Source of the DNA: an uncultured bacterium
GTDB lineage: Bacteria > Auribacterota > Erginobacteria > Erginobacterales > Erginobacteraceae
Length of the DNA: 64,000 nucleotides
Direction of reading: 5' to 3'
NCBI GenBank assembly: GCA_963822585.1
Contig: CAWGIE010000047.1
Coordinates: 128,001 to 192,000 of the forward strand
The stretch's first letter is position 1. Every line of letters begins with the position of its first letter. Positions 28,320 through 37,113 of this stretch are shown here, in pieces. A program made the translations under genes and the position numbers. Below the pieces are notes generated by a model, which saw only the letters and a list, made by a program, of their open reading frames with translations, made no database searches and was not told the origin of the DNA.

Positions 28320-29735
28320 ATGAAACAGCAGAAAACCAACAGGCGCCGGCCGGCCGGAGTGTCCCTGGCCCTGGCGATCTGGGCCGTCTTCTTCGGGATC
28401 GTCATTATCCTGAATGTGAAAACCTTCCCGGAGCCTTTCTCGGCGTCCCGCGCGGCGGCGGTCGGGATCGCGGCCGTCGGATTATTCGTTCTGCTCGCTT
28501 TCGCGCGCGGAAAAAAATGGGCGCGGAGCACGTTCCTGTCCCTGGGTTTAATAGGCTGCGCGATCACTCTCTGGGCGATCTTGCTCGGGTGGCTGCGCCA
28601 TCAGCCCATCCCCGTCGGTGTTCTGGCCGCCCTGGCGGCCGCCCTGATATCCGTCCTGCTGGTGGTTTCGAGAAGCGCCCGGAGGTACTGTGCGCCTCCG
28701 GCCATACGGGAGCTGACTTCGACGGTTCTTGTCCGCCAGCCCGGCGCGGTGAGGAGTGCCGCGGCCGGCGTTTCGCCGGCACCGGGTCCCCGCCGGAAGA
28801 GATGGCTTTTCCTGATCCCGGTCGTCCTCCTGCTGGGCGCGGCATTGTTCTATCTCTGGGGCGAGATGAGGGGCGGCGGAAGCGCCGCGCTGGAAGACGA
28901 AGCCCTGCTCTCCACCCTCCAGCAGGCGGGAAACCGCGTAAACAGGCCGGCATCCTCCCCAACTCTGGCGGACGATTTGCGGCAGGGGATCGAGTTCTAT
29001 GAAAAGAAAGCCTGGGCGCAGGCGGTACCGTTATTATGGCGCGCCAGCCGGGCGGATCCCGGCAACGCCGAGGTCTTCTTTTATCTGGGAGAGAGCCTGG
29101 GCAGCCTGAAGGGGATGGCGGAAGAGGAGCAGTATGTCCGCACGGCGATCGGTCTCAGCCCGTTTCAATGGCGGTTTCACGGCATCTACGGCAGCAGCAG
29201 TTATTTTGTCCGGCAGGACGCCCGGGCGCAGCGGGAGTATCGGATTTTACGGGAACTCGACCCGGCCCGCGGGGCCGAGTATCAGACATGGCTGCAGACA
29301 AACAAGCGGCGGGAGCCGATTATCGTCCAGGGGCGGTTTTATATCAAACAAGCGGCCTATTTCTTCAGAAAACTGCTGCCAACGGTCCCGACCCGGCCGG
29401 ATCTGGAGGACGCGGCCTATCGTCTGGGTTTGAGAAAGGTAACGGGCGCGGACGTGCTGATGTACCTGACCGCGATCGGGGCTGACAGCCGGGACGCCCG
29501 GGCTCATTTTATGCTGGGATACCTGTATTACCGGCGAGGGGAGATGGGGAAAAGCATTTCGTACTTCCAGAAGGCCGAGAGCCTGGGATTCACGGACCGG
29601 GCGCTCTACTACTGGCTCGGACTGGCGTACCTCGAGAAGGGGGATCCCTGGCAGGCGCTGATTCATTACGAGTATTTAAAAAAGGGGAGAAATCCCCTGG
29701 CCGCTGATTTATTCGCGCGGCTTTATCCGGTGTAA
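28320..29735 (+). CDS. Membrane protein with TPR repeats
   Basis: About 5 TM helices, then TPR patterns (AHFMLGYLYY, YYWLGLAY). Confidence 0.8.
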   Translation: MKQQKTNRRRPAGVSLALAIWAVFFGIVIILNVKTFPEPFSASRAAAVGIAAVGLFVLLAFARGKKWARSTFLSLGLIGCAITLWAILLGWLRHQPIPVGVLAALAAALISVLLVVSRSARRYCAPPAIRELTSTVLVRQPGAVRSAAAGVSPAPGPRRKRWLFLIPVVLLLGAALFYLWGEMRGGGSAALEDEALLSTLQQAGNRVNRPASSPTLADDLRQGIEFYEKKAWAQAVPLLWRASRADPGNAEVFFYLGESLGSLKGMAEEEQYVRTAIGLSPFQWRFHGIYGSSSYFVRQDARAQREYRILRELDPARGAEYQTWLQTNKRREPIIVQGRFYIKQAAYFFRKLLPTVPTRPDLEDAAYRLGLRKVTGADVLMYLTAIGADSRDARAHFMLGYLYYRRGEMGKSISYFQKAESLGFTDRALYYWLGLAYLEKGDPWQALIHYEYLKKGRNPLAADLFARLYPV

Positions 29736-29760
29736 GGGGATGCACCCGGGAGGAGGATTC

Positions 29761-30522
29761 ATGCCGATCGGACCCTTTTCATCACTGATGATTTTGAAAT
29801 CCCCGGCACTCGCCATCCCGGCGGTCGCCGCGGCCCTGGCGGTGCTGGCCGCGGTGATGGCGGGCTGCCGCTCCGACCCGCCGGCGCCTCCTCCGGAAGA
29901 ACGCCCGTCCGCCCGGGCGGCCTATCCGGCGCACTGGTGGGCGGCAGTCTCTCCGGAGGGCGCTCCCGAATGGGAAATTCTGCCCGCGGAGGCCGGCCCC
30001 GGCGAAGTGATCCTCTCCAAGCGCAACGAGCTGGGCCTGCTTTCCAACTTCGCCCCGACGCCGTTTGTCTTCCGCGGCCGGCATTACGCCAGCCTGGAAG
30101 GCTTCTGGCAGATGATGAAGTATCCCGAGAACGACGAAGACCCCCGGGCGCGGTTTCCCGGGCTGGTCTGGGAGCACACGCGGGAGCAGGTGGCGCAGAT
30201 GACCGGATTCGAGGCGAAGGAAGCGGGAAACGCGGCCGGCCGGAACATGGAGAAGATGGGCATCGACTGGGTCACCTTCGAGGGTGAACGGATGGAGTAC
30301 CGTCCCGCCGTGCCGGGGAGACAGTACCAGCTGATCGAGGCGGCGACGCGGGAGAAGGTGCGGCAGAACCCCGAGGTCGGGGAGGTGCTCCTCTCCACGG
30401 GCGACCTGATCCTGAAGCCCGATCATCACCAGGAGCCCGATCCTCCCGCCGCCTGGCGGTACTACGACATCCTCACCCGGATCCGCTCGGAGCTGCGGCG
30501 GGAAGAAGAGAAGAAGCCCTGA
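29761..30522 (+). CDS. Putative lipoprotein with NADAR/YbiA-like domain
   Basis: Lipobox-like MAGC; LSNFAPTPF..YASLEGFWQMMKY; KVRQNP..LLSTGDL. Confidence 0.65.
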   Translation: MPIGPFSSLMILKSPALAIPAVAAALAVLAAVMAGCRSDPPAPPPEERPSARAAYPAHWWAAVSPEGAPEWEILPAEAGPGEVILSKRNELGLLSNFAPTPFVFRGRHYASLEGFWQMMKYPENDEDPRARFPGLVWEHTREQVAQMTGFEAKEAGNAAGRNMEKMGIDWVTFEGERMEYRPAVPGRQYQLIEAATREKVRQNPEVGEVLLSTGDLILKPDHHQEPDPPAAWRYYDILTRIRSELRREEEKKP

Positions 30523-30541
30523 GAGTATTCGCTTATGCGCG

Positions 30542-30728
30542 CACGGACAGGAATGTCTGTGATGGAGCAGTGTTAAGGGTTAAGTGATAAGTGATAAGAG
30601 GCCCGCGCGCTGCCGCGCTGGAAATTTTTACATAATAAATGAGCGAGCAAAGCTCGCTCATTTAACACAGACAGGAATGTCTGTGCTACCTTGGCTGACC
30701 CCCACACAGACAGGAATGTCTGTGCTAC
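30542..30728. repeat. Composite element: REP + TAAG heptamers + hairpin + 2 REPs
   Basis: Homologous to the 19715 and 36964 copies. Confidence 0.85.
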
Positions 30729-30729
30729 C

Positions 30730-31839
30730 CTAATACAGACGATGGCGGAAGAGCCATCCGGCGACAGCCAGGGTGACCAGGCCGATCACGGCCATGGGCC
30801 AGTACTGGGGCAGGAGCAGGCCGGGAGAAGCCCCCTGGAGAAAGACGCCGCGCAGGATCACCAGGAAGTAGCGCAGGGGGTTGAGCAGGGTCAGCTTCTG
30901 GACCAGTGCGGGCATGTTGGCGATGGGGGTGGCAAACCCGGAGAGAATAATGGAGGGGACCAGGAAGAGGAACGCGCCCAGCATTCCCTGCTGCTGGGTG
31001 ACCGCGATCGAGGAGATCATCAGCCCCACCCCGATGGCGGAGAGAAGAAAGAGGAAAAGACCGCCATAGAGGGCGAGGAGGCTTCCCCGGAGGGGAAGGT
31101 GAAACCAGGCGACGGCCATGAAGATAATGAAACTCCCCTCGATGGTCCCGATGATAAAACCGGGCAGGGCTTTGCCGAGCAGGATCTCGCCCGGGCGCAG
31201 GGGGGTGACCAGGAGCTGATCGAAGGTCCCCATCTCCCGTTCCTGGGCGACGGAGAGCGAGGTGACGAGCAGGGTCACCACCAGGGTGAGGAGACCGACG
31301 ACCCCGGGGACGATGAACCAGCGGCTTTCCAGATTGGGGTTGAACCAGTTCCGGATCGTGAGAACGGCGGGGGGCGGGGGATCGCCGGCGGCGGCGATCC
31401 GGTCCAGGTTGAACCGGAGCACGATGTTCCTTAAGTATCCGAGCGCGATCATGGCCGTGTTGGAATCGCGTCCGTCGATAACGGCCTGGATTTGAGCGGG
31501 GCGTTTGAGGAGGAGGTCGCGGGTGAAATACGGGCCGAGATGGAGGACCAGGAGCGCCTTTTTCGAGTCGATCAGGGGGGCGATCTGGCCGTCGGCGGTC
31601 ACCCGGGCGACCTGCTGAAAGGTCGGCGAACCCTTCAGGGCGGAGAGAAAATCCCGGCCGCCGGCGCCGGGGTCTTCGTTATAGACGGCATAGGGAACGT
31701 GGTTCAGATCGTAGGTGGCGGCGTAGCTGAAGATCAGGAGCTGAACGATCGGGGGGACGATCAGCACCACCCTCCTTTTCTTGTCCTTGAGAAGGGCCCG
31801 GAATTCCTTGATCATGAGAGCGATGATTCTGCGAACCAT
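30730..31839 (-). CDS. ABC-2 transporter permease (YbhR-like)
   Basis: EREMGTFDQLLVTP, LSGFATPIANMP. Confidence 0.9.
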   Translation of the reverse strand: MVRRIIALMIKEFRALLKDKKRRVVLIVPPIVQLLIFSYAATYDLNHVPYAVYNEDPGAGGRDFLSALKGSPTFQQVARVTADGQIAPLIDSKKALLVLHLGPYFTRDLLLKRPAQIQAVIDGRDSNTAMIALGYLRNIVLRFNLDRIAAAGDPPPPAVLTIRNWFNPNLESRWFIVPGVVGLLTLVVTLLVTSLSVAQEREMGTFDQLLVTPLRPGEILLGKALPGFIIGTIEGSFIIFMAVAWFHLPLRGSLLALYGGLFLFLLSAIGVGLMISSIAVTQQQGMLGAFLFLVPSIILSGFATPIANMPALVQKLTLLNPLRYFLVILRGVFLQGASPGLLLPQYWPMAVIGLVTLAVAGWLFRHRLY

Positions 31840-31848
31840 GTGAATCTC

Positions 31849-33003
31849 CTATTGCAGCCGTTTGCGGGTCCGCTTCCGGACCAGAAAGAAGAGGACCCCC
31901 ATGATGGCCAGCAGGGCCAGGGAATCGGGGATAATGACCGACGCCACGTCCCCGGCCAGAAAGACCGTCTGCAGGATGGAGACGAAATAGCGGGCGGCCA
32001 TGAGATGGGTGAGCCACTGGATCGGTTGGGGCATGGAGCCGATGTCGAAGATGAAACCGGAAAGGATAAAGGCCGGCAGGTAGGTCACGATAATGGCCAC
32101 CTGCCCGGCGACGAACTGATTTTTGGCCGCGGTGGAGATCAGGAGACCCATGCCCAGGGCGGTGAGGAGAAAAAGGGCCGAGGTCCCGAAGAGAACCGCC
32201 AGGGAACCCTGCAGGGGGACCCGGAAGAGCCAGACCGCCATCCCCACCGAGAGCGCCATCCCTCCCATGCCGAGCAGGAAGTAGGGGATCAATTTCCCGA
32301 GCAGAAACTCCCCGGCGGAGACGGGGGTGACCATGAGCGCCTCCATGGTTCCCCGTTCCCACTCCCGGGCCACCACCATGGCCGTGAGCAGAGCGCCGAT
32401 CAGGGTCATGATAATGGCGATCAGGCCGGGAACCAGGAAATCCCGGCTCCTCAGCTCCGGGTTGAACCAGACCCGCTGCTCCAGGACCGCGGGCATCTCC
32501 AGGGGGCGGCCATCGGCGGCGGCGGATTGGCCGAGCCAGTTGATCCAGGCGCCCTGCAGGTAGCCCCCGATAATCCGGGCGGTGTTGGCGTCGGCGCCGT
32601 TGATGAGCACCCCGATGGGGGCGGCCCCCGTAGTGTAGAGGTCCCGGGCGAAGTTCTCCCGCAGCCAGACGATGCCGTCCACGCGTCCCCGCAGCAGGGC
32701 TTCTTCCGCCGGCCGGATGCCGGCAAAAGGGACCGGGTGGAAATACGGCGACCGGGCGAAGGCGGCGGTAAAGCTCGCCGTCCGGGCGGAGGGTTCTTCC
32801 ACCACCAGGGCCAGGGGAACGTTTTTGGCGTCGAGGGAGACCCCGTAGCCGAAGATCAGGAGCAGGATCAGGGGGAGGACGAAAGCGATGGCGATGCTCG
32901 AGGGATCGCGCCCGATCTGGAGAAACTCCTTGCGCACGATCGCGCGCAGGCGGCGAAGAGCGCCCCGGCGGCGGGGAGGCCCGGATTCCCGCGTTCTTCT
33001 CAC
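31849..33003 (-). CDS. ABC-2 transporter permease (YbhS-like)
   Basis: AREWERGTMEAL, LSGFIFDIGSMP. Confidence 0.9.
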   Translation of the reverse strand: MRRTRESGPPRRRGALRRLRAIVRKEFLQIGRDPSSIAIAFVLPLILLLIFGYGVSLDAKNVPLALVVEEPSARTASFTAAFARSPYFHPVPFAGIRPAEEALLRGRVDGIVWLRENFARDLYTTGAAPIGVLINGADANTARIIGGYLQGAWINWLGQSAAADGRPLEMPAVLEQRVWFNPELRSRDFLVPGLIAIIMTLIGALLTAMVVAREWERGTMEALMVTPVSAGEFLLGKLIPYFLLGMGGMALSVGMAVWLFRVPLQGSLAVLFGTSALFLLTALGMGLLISTAAKNQFVAGQVAIIVTYLPAFILSGFIFDIGSMPQPIQWLTHLMAARYFVSILQTVFLAGDVASVIIPDSLALLAIMGVLFFLVRKRTRKRLQ

Positions 33004-34777
33004 CGCGCCTCCTCCGCCGCCTCATTGCCGCGGGCTTCGATGAGATCGATGAAGACCTCTTCCATGGTGGGGTCGGGGTTTTCGGGGCACCGGCAGGCGG
33101 CCTTCATCTCCGCGGGGGTTCCCTCGGCCAGGATCTCCCCCCGGGACATGATCGCCAGCCGGTCGCAGTACTCGGCCTCTTCCAAAAAGTGGGTGGTGAC
33201 CAGGACGGTGACGCCCCTTTCGGCGAGACCGTTGATGCGGTGCCAGAACTCCCGCCGGGCCAGGGGATCGACGCCGGAGGTGGGTTCGTCCAAAAAGAGG
33301 ATCTCGGGGAAGTGCATCAGGGCCGCGGCCAAAGAGAGGCGCTGCTGATAACCGAGGGAGAGTTCGCCGCTGGCGGTCTCGGCGAAGGGGACGAGTTCGA
33401 ACTCCTCCAGCACCCGGCGCAGCCGCTCGCGCTGGGTCTGGCCGGAGAGCCCGTAGGCGCTGCTGAAGAACATGAGGTTTTCCCGGACCGAGAGGCCGAG
33501 ATAGAGGGAGAAGCGCTGGGCCATGTAGCCGATGCGGGCCCGGGCCTTGGCCGCGGCCCGGCGCAGGTCCTTCCCGGCGACCTCGAGGTGTCCGCCCGAG
33601 GGCGGCAGCAGGCCGCAGAGCATCCGGAAGGTGGTGGACTTGCCGGCGCCGTTGGCCCCCAGGAGCCCGAAAACCTCGCCGCGCGCGACGTCGAAACTGA
33701 TCCCGTTAACGGCGCAGAAATCGCCGAAGCGGCGGGTCACGTCCCGGACCGTGATCGCCGGGCCGTCTTTGGCCGCCCGGTGGACGGGGGATGTCTCTCC
33801 GGGCGGGGGCGGGAGAGTGTCGGGTTTCTTTTTCAGGAGGGCGACGAAGCTGTCTTCGAATCGGGGGGGACGGCGGTCACCTTCACCCCCTCCGGGTTGT
33901 CCAGCCGGCCGGCGAGGTCCGGGACCTCCGCCTTTTCCGTGATCGCCCGCACGCCTTCCCCCTGGATGACGGCGTCCAGGACCCCGGGGGCCCGGCTGAC
34001 CCGTTCCTGCAAGTCCCGTTTCCCGATCCCGGCGGCGGTGACCCGGAAGACGCGTCCCGCCATCCGCCGGCTGAAGGAACCGGGGCTCCCCCGGTCCAGT
34101 ACCTTTCCCTCATGGAGCAGGATAACTTCCCGGCAATGGGCGGCCTCGTCGAGGTAGGCGGTGCTGAGGAGGACGCTCATCTCCTCCCGGTCGACCAGCT
34201 GCCGGATGATCGCCCACAGTTCCCGGCGCGAAACCGGGTCCAGGCCGGTGGTGGGCTCGTCCAGGAGGAGAAAACGGGGAGGGGTGACCAGGGTACAGGC
34301 CAACCCCAGTTTCTGTTTCATCCCGCCGGACAGCCTCCCCGCCAGCCGGCCGGTGAACGGCGCCAGGCCGGTCATGCGCAGCAGTTCCCGGTAGCGTCCC
34401 GCCTGCTCGGAGGGGGCCAGACCGCGGAGATCGGCATAGAGATCGAGGTTCTCCCCCACCGTGAGGTCCTCGTAGAGCCCGAAGTGCTGGGGCATATAGC
34501 CGATGACGGATTGGACCGCCCGGGGGTCCCGGAGGACATCGATCCCCTGAACGGTCAGGGACCCGCTCTCGGGGACGAGGAGCCCGGCGATCAGCCGCAT
34601 CAGGGTCGTTTTCCCGGCCCCGTCCGGGCCGATGAGACCGGTGATGGTCCCGGGGCGCTGGGAGAAGGAAACCCCGTCCAGGGCCTTCACCGGGCGCTTC
34701 CGGACGCGGAAGGTCATGCTGATCCCCTCGACCGATAAAATGGGGGGTCCCGCCCGCGGATCGGCCGATCCGTCCAC
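33000..34777 (-). pseudogene. Dual-domain ABC ATPase (YbhF-like), frameshifted in a G7 run
   Basis: Two Walker A motifs (GPDGAGKT, GANGAGKS); one more base at 33863-33869 restores VPPRFEDSFV and joins both ORFs. Confidence 0.8.
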
Positions 34778-34778
34778 C

Positions 34779-35810
34779 TTACTTCTCCTTGCCGGGACCG
34801 GGGACCGAAGAAGGCGGCGGCTGGTCCCGGGGGATGGTGACGGTGGCGGGCATCCCCAGGCGGACTTCGTTGCCGGGATCGCGGAGATAGACCCTCACCT
34901 GATAGACCAGACGGCTGCGCAGCTCGGGCGTCTGCACCTCTTTGGGGGTGAACTCGGCGGTGGGGGAGATATAGCCGATCCAGCCCGGGTAGACCTTGCC
35001 CGGGAAACTGTCGGTGGTGACCTCGGCTTTCATCCCCGGGTGGATCTTTCCGAGATCCGTCTCCGGGATATAAGCCCGCACCCAGACCGGATCGGTGAGG
35101 GCCAGGGTGTAGACGGGTGTCTGAGGGGTGACCATGTCGCCCGGCTCGAGGATCCGGTTGCGGACCACGGCCCCGGTGGGGGAATAAAGCCGGGTGTCGG
35201 CGAGCTCGCTTTGGGCCAGCGCCAGGGCGGCTTCATCCGCCTCGAGCCGGGCCCGGGCGGCGGCGATGTCTTCCTCCCGCGGGCCCTCGATGGCCAGGTT
35301 TAACGCCTGCTGGAGGGCGTCGCGGTTTCCGAGGGCCGCTTTGAAGGCGGCGGTGGCGTTGTCGGCTTCCTGTTGGGAGATCAGATCTTTGCCAATCAGG
35401 CTCTGTTTCCGCCGGTTGGTCAGGTCGGCGTCCCGCAAGGTCGCCTCGGCCGATGCGAGCCGGGCTCTATCCTCGGCGATCTCCGCCGGCCGGGACCCGG
35501 CCAGGAGGCGGGCCAGGACCTGCTGCTGCGAAGCGACCTGGGCCGCGGCCCGGTCGGCGTCGGCTTGATAACGGACCGGATCCAGTTCGGCCATCAGCTG
35601 GCCCGCTTTGACGGAATCCCCCTCCCGGACCAGCAGGCTCTGGATCCGTCCCGTGGCGTGAAAGGCGAGCAGGACTTCCCTGATGTCCACGTTCCCGTAA
35701 AGCGTCAGTTCGTCGGCCGCCCGGTCGCGGGCCGGCCGGTAATGATAGACGATCGCGGCGCCGATGACGATCAGGATCAGCGCCGGCGGCAGTATCTTTT
35801 TTCTTTTCAT
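34779..35810 (-). CDS. HlyD-family periplasmic adaptor (YbhG-like)
   Basis: LYGNVDIRE, ISPTAEFTPK.VQT.ELR, GMPATV. Confidence 0.9.
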   Translation of the reverse strand: MKRKKILPPALILIVIGAAIVYHYRPARDRAADELTLYGNVDIREVLLAFHATGRIQSLLVREGDSVKAGQLMAELDPVRYQADADRAAAQVASQQQVLARLLAGSRPAEIAEDRARLASAEATLRDADLTNRRKQSLIGKDLISQQEADNATAAFKAALGNRDALQQALNLAIEGPREEDIAAARARLEADEAALALAQSELADTRLYSPTGAVVRNRILEPGDMVTPQTPVYTLALTDPVWVRAYIPETDLGKIHPGMKAEVTTDSFPGKVYPGWIGYISPTAEFTPKEVQTPELRSRLVYQVRVYLRDPGNEVRLGMPATVTIPRDQPPPSSVPGPGKEK

Positions 35811-36058
35811 ATGATCACGTTATAAAGAGGACCCTTGTTCGCCGGGACGTAACCCGACTTTCGCGATCGGAACCGCCGACCAACTGTTTTCGGCATCCCG
35901 GCTGACGGAGACAGTGTACTAAAAAGACCGGATTTTTCAAAGCGCTTATGTCCGGATCTCGTTTGTAATGATTCGCGATTAATGCTAACCTTGCGCATGC
36001 TCAAACAGCCGGCTTCGCCGGTTTTCCGGGAACAGTTTTCATCCAAGGAACTTCGGGA

Positions 36059-36754
36059 ATGATGCAGACGAAAAAAGAGACACTCGGATCCATTGTGAAA
36101 CTGAATCTGAGCCGAATCCCCTGGCGGGATTTTCTCCTGGGGATGTTCCTTCCCATGATCATCATCGAGATCGGCTCGTGGCTGGGCGCCCCGTTGCTGA
36201 GCGCGTACATCTCGCTGGGCGCCGTGGCCCTGGCCGCCGTCGGGATTTACGTCTTCACGGGCGCGGTTAGCATTTTCCCCCTCATGACCTTCTTGATGCT
36301 GGGGACCCAAATCATCGCCGGGTTCCTGGCCCCGCGGCATCCCTTTTTCGTCCTCATCCCCTCCCTGGACAATGTGGCGCTCGGCCTGATTTTCATCGGC
36401 TCGATGCTGCGGCCGCGGCCGTTCATCATGTCCCTGATCGGCAAGGCGACCATCGGGCGCACCGAGGCCCTATACGGCAAGAGCAAATATTTCTTCAAGG
36501 CCTGGTTCGATATCAACATCATCTGGGGGTTGTTCTTCGTGATCGAGGGGGTGCTGATAAGTTACCTCATGATCCTGCACCGCGGCGGCGGCAGGGTGCT
36601 GGATTTTCTTTTCGGCTGGCCGACCGTGCTCGCGCTGCTCTATATCAGCGTGGACTACCCCCGCCGGTACTGGTCCCGGCATTGGGTGAAGATGCAGGCG
36701 GAGATCGCAGCCGCCGAGCAATACGAGAACCGGCCGACGCCGGGAAAAAACTGA
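36059..36754 (+). CDS. Integral membrane protein (VC0807/YciB-like)
   Basis: About 6 TM helices; GSMLRPRPFI..NIIWG..FGWP pattern. Confidence 0.6.
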   Translation: MMQTKKETLGSIVKLNLSRIPWRDFLLGMFLPMIIIEIGSWLGAPLLSAYISLGAVALAAVGIYVFTGAVSIFPLMTFLMLGTQIIAGFLAPRHPFFVLIPSLDNVALGLIFIGSMLRPRPFIMSLIGKATIGRTEALYGKSKYFFKAWFDINIIWGLFFVIEGVLISYLMILHRGGGRVLDFLFGWPTVLALLYISVDYPRRYWSRHWVKMQAEIAAAEQYENRPTPGKN

Positions 36755-36930
36755 ACGTTCAACGTCGAACTTCCAACGTCGAACAGCGCCCCCCTCACCC
36801 GATCGAGCTTTGCTCCCTTCGACAAGCTCAGGATCTATGACGATCGCCCTCTCCCCCGGAGGGGAGAGGGAAATTTTCCCGGGAAAAGATTGAACGTTTA
36901 ACTTTCAACGCTCAACTTTCAACGCTCAAT
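36752..36930. repeat. AACGTTC heptamer arrays flanking a CCCCTCACCCG..CCCTTCGACAAGCTCAGGATC..CCCTCTCCC module
   Basis: Near-identical module at 40603-40829. Confidence 0.8.
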
Positions 36931-36963
36931 GCTCCCCGATAGCCATTGGCGTGCGCCTCTGGT

Positions 36964-37113
36964 GCACAGACAGGAATGTCTGTGATGAAGAAGTGTAAAG
37001 TGTTAAGTGTAAAGTGTAAAGGGAGCCCGCTCACTGCCGCTCTTGAAATTCCTGAATAGTAAATGAGCGAGCAAAGCTCGCTCATTTAACACAGACAGGA
37101 ATGTCTGTGTTGC
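36964..37113. repeat. Composite element: REP + TAAAGTG heptamers + hairpin + REP (last REP in window)
   Basis: aaatgagcgagc-aaa-gctcgctcattt hairpin. Confidence 0.85.
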
